64,000 nucleotides of DNA from Octopus sinensis (lineage: Eukaryota): contig NC_042997.1 of NCBI RefSeq assembly GCF_006345805.1, positions 32,798,001-32,862,000 of the forward strand, given 5' to 3'. Positions 11,425-24,741 of this stretch are shown here, piece after piece. A program made the position numbers and the translations under genes. Below the pieces are notes generated by a model that did not search any database, was not told where the DNA came from, and saw only the letters and a list, made by a program, of their open reading frames with translations. Positions within the stretch are counted from its first letter, which is position 1, and each line of letters starts with the position of its first letter.

Positions 11425-11765
11425 AACACACGTGGACATGCCTACAAAGTCAGAAAACAGCACAGCTCCCATGACTTTCGGAAACATTTTTTCACACTCA
11501 GAATTGCTGAAGCATGGAACAAACTGCCTGCGTCAGTTGTTGACTGCCATGACACTGCATCCTTTAAGGCCCTCATGCTTTCCGAAATCCGCCGAAACTA
11601 CACCTGATCATCCCCCTTCCATACTCATACACATATGTGTATGTCATGACTCATGCACTGTTCTTTTCCTGACGTTTGTACATTACCCTATGTACTATAC
11701 ATACACTTTAGATGAGTTGTAGTGCACCTGAGCACTGTACACAATGTTTTATTATTATTATTATT
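11425..11765 (+). mobile_element. CR1 tail
   Basis: SNTRGHAYKVRKQHSSHDFRKHFF; (ATT)n end. Confidence 0.88.
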
Positions 11766-12129
11766 ATATTACTATGTTGAACACTACCGTTAAGGAAGGC
11801 AAACAGGTCTATCAGTAAAACTGAGACAAAAAGAGAATGCTCAGTCACATCGGTATTCAAATGATTATAACTGTTAATGGTGTTAATGCAACTAAGCATT
11901 GTATACATTAAGATCATTATTAGTAAAACCATACCAACAAGTTGAATGCCAACATTCAAACAAAAAGAGCCCCTAAAGGAATTTTTACAAAGTCACTTGA
12001 ACGTAGTTCAGCAGCAGCTTCTCTTTCAAACAATCTTCCTTCAATGAAATGCCTATGTTGAAAGTTTTAAATCTTGGGACAATATGCCCAGATTAAAAAT
12101 GAAAAGTTAAAACTTGAAATGTTTATTAA

Positions 12130-12340
12130 CCCTTTAGTGTTTAAACCGGCCCAATATGTTATACATGTTTTATATTCAAACTGGCGATATCCAGCCTCTC
12201 ACACCTAACCTACAGTGACATTCTAAAAATAAACATTCGCATCATTGAAACCTCAAAGCTATAAGATAATGCATGATTAATTCAAAACAATTTGAGTGAA
12301 AAAGTATTACATTTAGCAGAATAATCTGAACACTAAAGGG
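12130..12340. mobile_element. piggyBac-like MITE P1
   Basis: Same TIRs, TTAA flanks. Confidence 0.88.
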
Positions 12341-12428
12341 TTAAATGCTAATATGTTATCAGCTGCTTACAAGTTAGTCAGAATATAAAAATAAAATGTT
12401 AATGCAAATGAATGTAAAATGAACTTAC

Positions 12429-12595
12429 TATTACTGTATACTGACCACCTTTTTCACATAAATTATACATGTATTCTTTAAAGTTATTTTCAGTGATGTC
12501 AGAGTGGGCATGCAGATATCCAGCAGCTTTATCAACAATTTTGGTGCAGTAAGAGCATCCAGGATCATCGGATTTTGCAGCAATGTTTACAGTTC
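12429..12595 (-). CDS. PSAP: Prosaposin exon D6a-b (TVNIAAKSDDPGCSYCTKIVDKAAGY...YMYNLCEKGGQYTVI)
   Basis: 167 nt, ttcaaag/gtaagt, phase 1/0. Confidence 0.88.
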
Positions 12596-12975
12596 CTTTG
12601 AATTAGAAAAGGAAAACTAATTTTATAATAAATTCCTAAAAGTATAAATGTTCAGGTTATATCTGGATTTTGCTTAACTGCAGACTTCGAAATAGGTCAA
12701 GTCATACCTATGTCCTCTTCTCCTAATCAATGTTTAAAATCTCACAACATACATGCTATTTTCACATGCTATTTTCAATACAAAACATAGATCTCAACAT
12801 AAATGACAGTTTTTGTATTTGGCCTAAATTGTGTACAAGTGCCTACTCTTTAGGACACATCAAGAATGAGAGCAACATATCAAGACTGGTCAGCAATTAC
12901 TCTCACTCTTCTAAACAAAGTTAACATTCAAATTAGCTTTGCAGAATATGCTTGAATTAAACCACATCTCATTAA

Positions 12976-13195
12976 CCCTTTCGTTACTGTATTTATTTTG
13001 AGATGCTCTGTGTTTCTTTCAATTACTTTAAATATAACAAAGAATTTAGTAAAATAACTTAGTTGTCATTAAGCTAGTGTTAGGAACATAAATTGTGATT
13101 AAGGTTTAATGGAAGATTTTAATTCAAAACTTATGAAAACAAGACATTTGTACTCAGAGCCAGAGCCGGTTTCAGCCGGGTTGGTAACGAAAGGG
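12976..13195. mobile_element. TTAA-flanked piggyBac-like MITE, family P2
   Basis: CCCTTTCGTTAC...GTAACGAAAGGG ends, TTAA flanks. Confidence 0.88.
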
Positions 13196-13396
13196 TTAAA
13201 CCAAAAGATACCCAATGAAGTGTGCAGCGTGGCTTCAAAGAAACTAAGTACATCTCAAAAACAGAGAGCATAATGATTAGAATACAGGTGCTACCTGTAA
13301 ACACAGACTCAGAAGGCCCTCACTACTAGCAACATGTGGAATGCACTAAAAATGTTATCAGATATATCAAATAAATTAGATAAATGAATGTTTTAC

Positions 13397-13559
13397 CTGT
13401 GCAAACATTAAGTGATGAACACAAAATATCAGGATTTAGTTCTTTGACAAGAAGAAATATTATACCCTCAGTATATTTGTCAATAAAACTCTTACAAGAT
13501 TTACTGTATGAATTAGGTAATATGCTACATAGTTTATCAAGCACCGCAGCAATTTCTTT
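13397..13559 (-). CDS. PSAP: Prosaposin exon D5b-d (KEIAAVLDKLCSILPNSYSKSCKSFIDKYTEGIIFLLVKELNPDILCSSLNVCT)
   Basis: 163 nt, atttcag/gtaaaa, phase 0/1; lies inside ORF 13326..13622. Confidence 0.95.
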
Positions 13560-14341
13560 CTGAAATAAGAGAAAATTAAAAAATAACATCAATAACAAAA
13601 TGCTTAAATTCCATTTTGACAACTAATTAGAAAAATATATCAATGTACTTTTCTTTTTAAAACGGTTGCAACTGAGACGTATTTAACAACACTGTTCTAG
13701 GATTCGCTATCATCCATTTGCTTTGCAAGGTTCTTAATTTCAGGTGTGCGTGCCAATAACAATGTAGTTAAATGGTTGCCATCCTCTATTAAGCTGCAAA
13801 TGTGAAAATATGCCTGGTATGGTCAGGTGTTCAATACAACAGCAGGAAGGCTAGTAAGGCCTAGCTTATACTGAGCAACAATAGTAGAGATGAGCAGAAT
13901 TCACCCATAAAGATTTCAGCTCATCCTATGAAATGCTATGAACCCTACAAATGAATTGAAATCTCACCTCTAGCTTTAAAACAAATCTGCTCTGTTCCAT
14001 AACAGAATTTCCCCTCATATAAACCCCATCCAACTGAGTAACAGTTTTGTGATAATTTTGCAGCTTTAATAAAAGTATGTATAAGGTGAATACTTGGAAC
14101 CTGCAATTAGCATGGATCTGGAGTCTTAAGTGCAGCGTGTTCCTCGGTACAGCCTTGTGGATCATTATATATTCAGTTAGGTGCATGTGATCATATATGC
14201 AACTGGAATGTTAGCCAGTTTGTACTTCAGAATGTACATATATGTTCCTCTTATTTTGTTTTGTACAAAATTGCCATTTCTTTGATAAAAATTTGGTGCT
14301 TTATTATTTAGGTACCTGATTCCCTTGATATATATTTCTTT

Positions 14342-14694
14342 AGCGCCGGCCGATGCCAGCGCCACCCCGACTGGCCTCTGTGCCGGTGGCACATAAAAAG
14401 CACCATCCGAATGTGGCTGTTGCCAGTGCCGCCTTGGCTGGCTTCCGTGCCGGTGGCACGTTAAAAGCTCCAACCGATCGTGGCCGATGCCGGACCCCCC
14501 TGGCACCTGTGCAGGTGGCACGTAAAAAGCACCCACTACACTTGCGTAGTGGTTGGCGTTAGGAAGGGCATCCAGCTGTAGAAACTCTGCCAGATCAGAC
14601 TGGAGCCTGGTGCAGCCCCTGGCTTCCCAGACCCCGGTCGAACTGTCCAACCCATGCTAGCACGGAAAACGGACGTTAAACGATGATGATGATG
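14342..14694 (+). mobile_element. Retroelement S3
   Basis: Units plus tail. Confidence 0.85.
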
Positions 14695-14899
14695 GAGCTA
14701 AACACAGAGGGGACAAACAAGGACAGACAAAGGGCTTAAGACGGTTACATCGACCCCAGTGCGTAACTGACACTTAATTAATCGACCCTGTAAGGATGAA
14801 AGGCAAAGTCGACCTCAGCGAAATTTGAACTCAGAACGTAACGGCAGCCGAAATACCGCTAAGCATTTCACCCGACGTGCTAACGATTCTGCCAACTCG

Positions 14900-14900
<1 letters not shown>
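14695..14900 (-). mobile_element. SINE S2
   Basis: Matches the 35153 copy. Confidence 0.88.
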
Positions 14901-14936
<36 letters not shown>

Positions 14937-15092
14937 CATCTGTACATATGTCTGCCTGCATCATCAAAGCAATTCACTGCTATCATTTGACTGCCAACTT
15001 GCAATTGGTGTCACCTGGTCAGAAAACTCAAGTGCAGATACATGTACTTTATTACAGAAAGGATTAAAGGTAATAAAACTAAAATGTCATAC

Positions 15093-15323
15093 CTCTATAT
15101 TGTCTTGCTCCAGCAGATTTTCCAAACCTTTTATAAGCTCTTTGCATATCAGACATTCTTCACTGTCTTTAGCTGTAGGTTTCTCAGGGAGTACAAGACC
15201 AACACGTAGAAATGGTAATTTACGTGCAGGCAACAAAGTGGCCATTATCATTGAAGATGTTTTAGCTACTACTGAATCCTCTTTTGTACACATACCAACA
15301 GCAGTACACCCAGCAACAGGGTC
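15093..15323 (-). CDS. PSAP: Prosaposin exon D4d, linker and D5a (DPVAGCTAVGMC...DSEECLICKELIKGLENLLEQDNIE)
   Basis: 231 nt, taattag/gtatga; overlaps ORF 15087..15293. Confidence 0.93.
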
Positions 15324-15794
15324 CTAATTAATAGAAAGTGCTTATATTATTAAAAAAAGAAAATTTTTTTTTAATACTAAAACAAAAAAACAAATACAGC
15401 ATTCAAAGTAGAAAAACAAATATATAGGTGCCAGTGTGGCTGAGAAGTTTGATCCTCAACCATGTGGTCTTGGGTCCAGCCCCACTGCACAGCACCTTGG
15501 GCCAGTATTTACTTCAGCTCTGGGGTGACCAAAGCCTTGCGAGTGGATTTCGTACATGGAAATTGAAAGAAGCCTGCCATATGTGCCTGCGTGTGTTGTA
15601 TTTGTCCCCACCACCACCACCACTGCCTGGCAGCCTGTGTTTTTTAGTTTATGCCCTCATAAGTTAGTGGTTCAGCAGAAAAGGGACCAATAGTTTAAGT
15701 AACAGACTGAGAAGTAAGTACTGGGGTTGATCTATTGAAACTAAACCCTTCAAAAGGTGACATAGCCACAGTTCAATAGTTGAAACAAACGATA

Positions 15795-16185
15795 GGCGCA
15801 GGAGTGGCTGTGTGGTAAGTAGCTTGCTAACCAACCACATGGTTCCGGGTTCAGTCCCACTGCGTGGCATCTTGGGCAAGTGTCTTCTGCTATAGCCCCG
15901 GGCCGACCAATGCCTTGTGAGTGGATATGGTAGACGGAAACTGAAAGAAGCCTGTCGTATATATGTATATATATATATATATATGTGTGTGTTTGTGTTT
16001 GTCCCCCTAGCATTGCTTCACAACCGATGCTGGTGTGTTTATGTCCCCGTCACTTAGCGGTTCGGCAAAAGAGACCGATAGAATAAGCACTGGGCTTACA
16101 AAGAATAAGTCCCGGGATCGATTTGCTCGATTAGAGGTGGTGCTCCAGCATGGCCGCAGTCAAATGACTGAAACAAGTAAAAGAG
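15795..16185 (+). mobile_element. SINE S1
   Basis: Full-length copy. Confidence 0.9.
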
Positions 16186-16925
16186 ATAAAAGATGACTGT
16201 ATTCCAGTTATTGAAGTCTTAACATTTATCCCTTGGCTGTAATAGATTCTATTACTCTTCATGATGACCATCATCAGTTAACGTTTCTCCATGCTGGTAC
16301 GGGTTGGACGGTTTGACAGAAGCTGGAGAGCTGCTTGAGCTCCAATTGTCTGTTTTGGCATGGTTTCTACAGCTGGAGGCCTTTCCTTGTACTACAGGCA
16401 CGGGTGCTTTTATGTGGAACCAGCATGAGTGCAACCAATGTGGAACCAGCACAAGTGCATCTTGCAGGGCATGGCACATGTGCATCTTACATCTCACTGG
16501 CACAAGTGCCTATTGCAGGGCACTGACATAAGTGCATTTTACATATCACCAGCAGAAGCACATTTCATGTGACACTGGCAAAAGTGCATTGTTGAAATAC
16601 TAAGGGCTGTTTTGACTAGTTTTATTCTACTTTGTTGGTTTCCATATTGACCTTTAAGTACTGCATACACATTCATTTGATAGCATTTCAAATTATATGA
16701 AAGCACATATACTGATCAATATTTAACTGCTAATAAATCCTTAAAAATGTTTTAGCCCGAAGGCCGTGGCCATGCTGAGGCACCACCGCTGATGTAAATA
16801 CAATGTGCAAAAAATTCTTCATATTTCCGTAAATTAATTGGGAAGTTGTGGCAAGAACGATAACCTTGAAACTAAAGAAATTAACTTTAATCTTTTCTGT
16901 TTTCCTTCAAAGGAAATGTGCTATT

Positions 16926-17134
16926 CTCTTTCTCTTTTCTCTTTTACTTGTTTCAGTCATTTGACTGCGGCCATGCTGGAGCACCGCCTTTTTTTTTTAG
17001 TCGAGCAAATCGACCCCAGTACTTATTCTTTGTAAGCCCAGTACTTATTCTATCGGTTTCTCTTTTGCCGAACCGCTAAGTGACGGGGACGTAAACACAC
17101 CAGCATCAGTTGTCAAGCAATGCTAGGGGGACAA

Positions 17135-17179
<45 letters not shown>

Positions 17180-17349
17180 CATATATACGACGGGCTTCTT
17201 TCAGTTTCCGTCTACCAAATCCACTCACAAGGCATTGGTCGGCCCAGAGCTATAGCAGAAGACACTTGCCCAAGATGCCACGCAGTAGGACTGAACCCGG
17301 AACCATGTGGTTGGTTAGCAAGCTACTTACCACACAACCACTCCTGTGC
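16926..17349 (-). mobile_element. SINE S1
   Basis: Full-length inverted copy. Confidence 0.9.
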
Positions 17350-18037
17350 TATGATATCTTTTATTTTACTTGTTTCATTCATTTGACTGTGGTCACACAT
17401 ACATACACGCACACATATACACACGATGGTTAGAGCATTGGGCTCACAATCATGAGGTAGTGAGTTCAATTCCCAGACCAGGCTGTGAGCTGTGTTCTTG
17501 AGTAAGACACTTTATTTCACATAACTCCAGTTCACTTAGCTGTAGAAATGAGTTGTGATGTCACTGGTGCCAAGCTGTATCAGACTTTACCTTTCCCATG
17601 GATAACAGTGGTATGGAGAGGGAAAGCTGGTATGCATGGGCAGCTGTTGGTCTTCCATAAACAACCTTGCCTGGACTTTTGCCTCTGAAGGTAACTTTCT
17701 AGATACAAACCCATGGTCATTCATGACCCATGGCATGGAGAGAAGAGTGATGTGCATGCTCATTCATGACTCAAGAGGGTCTTTACCCTTTTACATTGCA
17801 TGCTTAGAATATCAAAGGACATCTAATCTGTCATATCAAAATCAATGAATAATGTTTAAAAATTTATCTCAAGTTCATTAGACCAGTTTAGCAATAAACA
17901 TCACATCAAAATTTGAAGAATAATTTCAAAAGAGGAGATGACTCAAATTTCACGCACATAATAAAATTAATATGTTTCTATTGTATTTAAATGTCATAAA
18001 TTGTTATCAGAAAACATTTGTATTCCTGTAGACTTAC

Positions 18038-18097
18038 CAAAAGACTTTCAATTGATTTTATAATCAAGGGTTTGTATTCCATAACAAGCTGCAAACA
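18038..18097 (-). CDS. PSAP: Prosaposin exon D4c (CLQLVMEYKPLIIKSIESLL)
   Basis: 60 nt, tctctag/gtaagt. Confidence 0.92.
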
Positions 18098-18836
18098 CTA
18101 GAGAAAGTGAAAAGAACATACAAAATATTGAAAAAAATTTATCCAAAAATATACCATTACAAACAGTAGAATTTAATTAAAAGAACATTGAAAACTAAAA
18201 ATTAGATTTACAAGTTCAAAATTCCTATAGATGTAAATTTCAGAGTAATTGAAACGTAATAGTATAATTCATATTCGACTAATTTTAAATGCTAAATAGC
18301 TTATTGAAAAGCAACAACCACATGTGCATACAAACAAACTTAGATTTGTTTTTTTTAGAAGTGTTGAATGTATATTGCATGATACAGAGAAGAAAGTGAT
18401 ATTTTTTAACACAGTATTGCTGATAAAACAGCAATAAACCCAATTTTTTTCACTGTTTTATTGGTGATACTGCATTCAAAAATCTTACTTTGTATCGTAT
18501 GGTACACATTTGATGCTTCTAAAGAAAAAAGTTTGTTTATATACACACATACGAGAGAGAGAGAGCAGATATATTGTAAATCCTATTTACAAATGTTATC
18601 TTATTTCCAGATGATTTCATATCGAAGTTTATTACAAATAAACTGCAGAACAAGTGGAATATACTTTGAGCCAAACTCAAAATATAACCTTGTAATTAAA
18701 CTGCTGAGAAAATTCACTGATCCATACTAGTTAGTATTTAATACTAAATCATACCCTACTTTCAAGCTATCAAATTAAAAGATATCTACAAGGTGAAGAA
18801 AAATATTACAAATATGATATGAATAAATTGACTTAC

Positions 18837-18899
18837 AGATGATTTCATATCTCCAAGTCTTGAGCAAACTTCATTGCTGATAAAATCTGTGATTTGTTG
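18837..18899 (-). CDS. PSAP: Prosaposin exon D4b (QQITDFISNEVCSRLGDMKSS)
   Basis: 63 nt, ttattag/gtaagt. Confidence 0.92.
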
Positions 18900-19009
18900 C
18901 TAATAATAAAACAAAAACAATAAAAAGTTTTTGATAAAGTGGGAAAATGAGCAACAATCAATGAAAAGGTCTCAAAAATAACTATCTTAATAAACATTTT
19001 AAATAATGA

Positions 19010-20085
19010 AATTATTGTATACAGTGCTCAGGTGCACCACAACTTGTCAGAGTATATGCAGTAATGTACAAATGTCTGGAAAGCAAACAGTGTATGAGTC
19101 AGATACATGCCTGTGTGTGTATGGAGGGGAGAAAATCAGGTGTAGTGTTGGCGAATCTCAGAAAGCATGGAAGTTTTGATGGATGCAGTGCTCCGACAAC
19201 TAACAACTGATGCCTGCAGTTTGTTCCATGCTTCAGCAACTCTCAGCGTGAAAAAATGTTTCTGAAAGTCATGGGAGCTGTGCTGTTTTCTGACTTTGTA
19301 AACATGTCCACGGGTGTTAGACAGGTGGAGTTTGAAAAGGTGCTCAGAGTTATTGTTTGTACGATGGTTGATAATTTTATGGGTGTCTGCCAAGTCAGCT
19401 GCCAGACGTCGGAGTTTCAATGTATCCATGCCCAGGGAAGCAAGGCATTCAGGATATGGCAAATGCCTGATGGAGGGTATTCTTTTCGTTGCACGTCGCT
19501 GAACGGCTTCCAGACGATTGATATCCTGGGCAAGATAGGGGTTCCAGACCGGTGATGCAAATTCCAGGTGAGGTCTTACCATAGCTATATAAAGCCGCAG
19601 ATAGATAGTCAGAGAGTTGCTCACAAAGGATTTGGTGAGTGATGCCAAGACACCCTCAGCCTTCTTGACAATTTTAGCGATGTGTTTTGTCCAACGCAAA
19701 TCACTGTCGACAATAACACCCAGGTCACGTTCACATGAAGACTTTTTGAGACTAGTGTTGTGGAGGGAGTAGGTGGATGCTGGGTTTCTCCTCCCAAAAT
19801 GCATGGTGGTACATTTGTCCACAGCCAGCTTGAGTTGCCAGTCCATGATCCACTGCTGCATTGTGTCCAGGTCTGCTTGCAATAGAGATCTATAGTGTAC
19901 TGGATCTGACCTCTTTATTTCGAGGTACAGCTTGATGTCATCTGCATATTTCAGCACTGCGGCATTCTTTAACATTCTATGTCATTAACATATGCAACAA
20001 ATAAAAGGGGGCCAAGAACAGATCCCTGCGGCACACCAGATGTCATCTCATAGGGCAAAGAGTGCTGTCCTAGAACTGTGACAAC
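19010..20085 (-). mobile_element. CR1-type LINE 3' fragment (RT C-terminus)
   Basis: ORF 19136..19975 with YADD, ERDLGVIVDSDL, VRPHLEFASPVWNPYL, LEAVQRRATK; VPQGSVLGPLLF motif just upstream. Confidence 0.95.
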
Positions 20086-20513
20086 CTCTTTTTTAAGTCT
20101 ATTTCTATTAAGCTCAAATACCTTCCACATCCTCAAATTAAACTTGGCACTACTGACAATGAGTTAAATCATTTGGCCATAAACAAAATGAATTTAGCAA
20201 CAATAAATAACTGTTTAATTCTATTTTAAGAGATACTACTTTTAACTGAACTAACCTAAAATTAGTGGTATTTATTTACTAACCCAAAGGGATTAAAGGT
20301 AGATCGGAGACTGTTTAAATTTAAACTCAGATTGTAGAGAGCTGAAAAAAAATTCTATGTCATTTAATCAGGTGTTCTACAGTAAACTGAAAATTTCCAC
20401 TATGCCAAATGAAAAACTTATTTCAAAAAAGAATACAATACTTTTTGACTACTTTCATTACAATATTCATTGAAGTTCTGGAAATGATTGACAATTAGTC
20501 ACACTAAAATGAA

Positions 20514-20921
20514 GGCGCAGGAGTGGCTGTGTGGTAAGTAGCTTGCTAACCAACGACATGGTTCCAGGTTCAGTCCCACTGCGTGGCATCTTGGGCAAGT
20601 GTCTTCTGCTATAGCCCCGGGCCGACCAATGCCTTGTGAGTAGATTTGGTAGACGGAAACTGAAAGAAGCCTGTCATATATATGTATATATATATATATA
20701 TATATGTATATGTGTGTGTCTGTGTTTGTCCCCCTAGCATTGCTTGACAACCGATGCTGGTGTGTTTACGTCCCCGTCACTTAGCGGTTCGGCAAAAGAA
20801 ACCGATAGAATAAGCACTGGGCTTACAAAGAATAAGTCCCGGGGTCGATTTGCTCGACTAAAGGCGGTGCTCCAGCATGGCCGCAGTCAAAATGACTGAA
20901 ACAAGTAAAAGAGTAAAAGAG
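20514..20921 (+). mobile_element. SINE S1
   Basis: Full-length copy. Confidence 0.9.
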
Positions 20922-21594
20922 ATTAAATATAATACTCAAATATTATTGTGTAGCTCCTCTTCAGCCAGAAACCTGTTCTGGTTCCTCTAATACTTTAACC
21001 CCTTATTTCCTACAATAAAGACACCATTTTGTTACTCTAGAACTAGTAAATAAATAGCAGTAATACGCTAGTGTTGATTCAAGCAACTGCACGCTCTTCC
21101 CTGGAACAAGTGCCTCGTTCCAACTTAAAAGAAAGTTGATATTACTGAGTGCAATCAGAGTGGAGAAATCAGCATGGTTAGATGCAGAATAGGCTATCTA
21201 GTAACTATTCTGAATTAAAATCTTGCTCAGGCCAAATATGCCTTTCACACCATCAGATTAACAAAATAAACATCAGTAACAATGAGTCAAGTCATCTGAC
21301 TATTTTCTTGTTACTGTAGCAATATTGTTTTCTTCATTGCTATCTTCACTGTTTGAGAAAAGTATTAAGAATGATCTCGTTTGAGATTACAAACATCTTT
21401 GGCTAGTTTAACGTTGTTGTAAACACTAACCTGATTGGTTGACACGTGACGCGATTTGTCTCCACTTATTTTCGCACCACTTTCCTGTCCATTTCTGAAG
21501 TTCGTTTGAGCCACCCAAACGGTATATAAAAGGAATGTTTTCAGACACCTTTCGTCTTTGGTTCTAGTCCTTGTGAGGACTAAACCTCTGACCA

Positions 21595-21920
21595 CACAGA
21601 GCATACAAAGTTATCAACCACCTCACCAACAACAACAACACTGAACACCTTTTTGATCTCCATGTGTCTAACACACGTGGACATGCCTACAAAGTCAGAA
21701 AACAATACAGCTCCCATGACTTTCGGAAACATTTTTTCACGCTCAGAGTTGCTGAAGCATGGAATAAACTGCCTGCGTCAGTTGTTGACTGCCATGACAC
21801 TGCATCTTTTAAGGCCCTCATGCTTTCCGAAATCCGCCGAAACTACACCTGATTATATATACACTTTAGATGAGTTGTAGTGCACCTGAGCACTGTACAC
21901 AATTATTATTATTATTATTA
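21595..21920 (+). mobile_element. CR1 tail (short deletion variant)
   Basis: Same peptide remnant; 3' UTR deleted relative to the 11425 copy. Confidence 0.88.
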
Positions 21921-22040
21921 TACTCAACCATGTTCCAGTCCGAAAGGCAGGCGACCACCAAGCAAAACATAATAGATCCTATTTCTTATATTACGAAAGA
22001 ATCACTCTTTCTCCCAAGCTAAAATGAAACAAACACTTAC

Positions 22041-22124
22041 CTGAACATGCTTATCCTCAACTACAGTATGCAGCTCTTTGAGCAAAACTTTGCACATTTC
22101 ACACTCAGTAGCCTCTTGGAATGG
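22041..22124 (-). CDS. PSAP: Prosaposin exon D4a (PFQEATECEMCKVLLKELHTVVEDKHVQ)
   Basis: 84 nt, atttcag/gtaagt. Confidence 0.92.
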
Positions 22125-22533
22125 CTGAAATGGAAAATAAAAAAATATAGTAAAGTTAGGTAAATTGTTAAGTCATTGAACTTCACCTATCAATACATTT
22201 TGATTGATTATCTATGATTTGGCCGTAATCTTGTCAAACATTTGCTGTACACACCTGGCATAGGAAAGTGCGTTTACGTTTATGTTTTAATTGTTCAAAA
22301 AGGCAACAGAACTTATCCAAGTTGTCTGTTGACAATTAAATCTAAGGAATCAGTCTGATATCACTGTCCTTGACCATCTCAAGCCAGTCAAGTTAAATAT
22401 GTAAAACTAGCAGTATCGCAGTATTTCGGCTAAATAACAAAGGACTCAGATGTTGCCGTGAAAAGTGCTTGTTCACACAAAACAGTGTGGAATATCTTGG
22501 CCACACTTTATCAGCCAAGTTAAATATGTAAAA

Positions 22534-22833
22534 CTAGCAGTATCGCCCGGCATTGCTCGGGTTTGTAAGGGAAATAACTATATAAGCATTTTTAGAGAGT
22601 TATAGCCAAAAAATAGCAAAAAAATGCATTAAAAATGGAAAAAAAATTATGGTAAATTTTTTTTTAAATCGTAGACTCATCGTAGACGCGCGCTAATACC
22701 CAGAAGGGCTCGATATGAATCACGACTGTAAGATACTTGGTTTTGGTTAAACTGCACCGCAAAATGTGGGAGTAGTTAGGAATCTAAATCGTAGGAGACA
22801 GACAGCACACAACCTCTCTTTTATATATAAAGA
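22534..22833 (-). mobile_element. Non-autonomous Helitron (single-unit copy)
   Basis: On the minus strand: A^TC start, subterminal hairpin CCCGAGCAATGCCGGG, CTAG^T end. Confidence 0.8.
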
Positions 22834-23480
22834 TAATCAACTGACATGGAGAAAAAAATATAAGTATACATTATACAAATACACAGGTACAATGTTGTTA
22901 AGAATCACAACAAGAATTGCACAGTGAATTAAACCTGGAACTGCAGGGAATCAAAATCATACTAGTCTATTTGGTTTGATCTAATCAAGGAGAAAATAAG
23001 TGTTACTTATTGCTGTTGAGTGGTGAGAAGTTGTAAGAGTATATAAATATTTTATCTAACATTTTTTAGTGTGTAGACTCGAAATTTGTATATAGCATCT
23101 TGATATTAAAACAGTTGTAAAACAAAAGTATTAATAAAAAAAGAGGAATTGTAAAACTACTCAAATTTATTTGACAAAAAGGAGAAACTAAATGTTTTTT
23201 TACTGTTTTACAACCATTTTTTTTGTTCTCATAAGTTTTGTGCTTTTCCTAATACAAACTACTAAATCATAAAGCTAGAGTGGAAACAATTTCTCTCAAT
23301 TAGGTAAACTGGGTTTGCTCATATAATACATTTGCTGTGGTAAGATTGGAACCTATAACTAATTGACTACAGTCTAGTAGACTTAACATTTTGCCTCTTG
23401 TAATGCAGGTAAAGAAAAAAAAAAAGAAAACAAAGTTGTAAATTTTCAAAGTAAATTTTTTTTTTTTTGTTTATACTTAC

Positions 23481-23582
23481 ATTAGCTGTTGAAAATTTCA
23501 TTTTGCTGAAATGATCAGCAACAGCCTGAATAAGAATCTGGGTACTGCACACACCAATGTCATGACAAACAACACTGCTATT
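23481..23582 (-). CDS. PSAP: Prosaposin exon D3d (NSSVVCHDIGVCSTQILIQAVADHFSKMKFSTAN)
   Basis: 102 nt, attttag/gtaagt, C-x5-C. Confidence 0.9.
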
Positions 23583-24741
23583 CTAAAATAGGAGGAAAAA
23601 AAAAAAAAAGAAAAAGAAAGCAGTGTTGTTAAAACCAGTAACTCATCTTTAAAACCATTTTGATTAAATGCAAGATACTGGCAATGGTTCCAGAGCATTG
23701 ATAATTTCAAGCTAAAACCTGCCAATTATGTATAAACCTAAACCAATTTTTCATGTCTAAAGTGGTGTTCTAACCATCCCTTTTTTGGTGATGAGAGCAT
23801 AAGGTATCAGATAAGAACCAACTACGAAATATCATTCATACGACAATTCTAACATTTTTCATATTTGTACATCTTCGAAGTTCACACTATAGACAGTAGT
23901 CCATAAAGAATGCAACATAAACACTTAGAGAATTCAGTCAACAGAAAGAAAAATATACAACCAGCCTACAAACACTACATTAGACTCAATGTGGATTATA
24001 CCAGCTCCTACTTGGGCCCTAATTTTTCTGTTACAAATTACACATAATAGAATACTTTATGCCAACACAAATTGAACAGAGACCACTTTTGTAATGAAAT
24101 AAAAATTCTCAATATGAAAGACTATAAAGCATATAATGAAATATTTTTCTTAATGTTAAGCATGGCTATATGGTTAACAAGTTTATGAAACTACATAGTT
24201 GAGGGTTCAGTTCCACTATGTGGAGATTATAATAGATAATGGCCACAAATTGACCAGTGCCGTGAGACTGAAATTTGGTGGACAGAAACTGAGAAAAGCC
24301 CATCATAACACAAATGTCCATAGGTGTGTATATATTCCCTAAGGTGCATGTTAATTATAAACTGTTCATACAAACATGCAAAAGCATGTCCAGTTTTCTG
24401 TTTGATACACTGGAGGACAAATCACCTTTATCTTGCTATGCTAGTTACCAGAACATAGTGAAAAAATGTGAATATATTTACTGGTGTAGAAAGAAACTAT
24501 CACAAAGACTTCAAACAGGTTGGGCCAGGGCTAATCTTTATTAAATACCCGTCATGATAATCAGTAAAAACACATTTATTGACAGCTACTACAAACGAAA
24601 GTTTAATCAATCAGTTCTCAGTTATTTTCTTTAGTCATCACTACAAAAACAAAAATGTTAATGATAGAAGCATAATGAAATACCTAGCAGTATAAACACA
24701 TCTGCAATCATAGCAACAATGATTTCCTACTTTACCTTGCC

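Noticed and set aside
18608-18623. 16-nt match to the end of exon D4b (18836..18851) as a duplicated exon
   Set aside because: No donor or open frame; too short to separate from chance or micro-duplication
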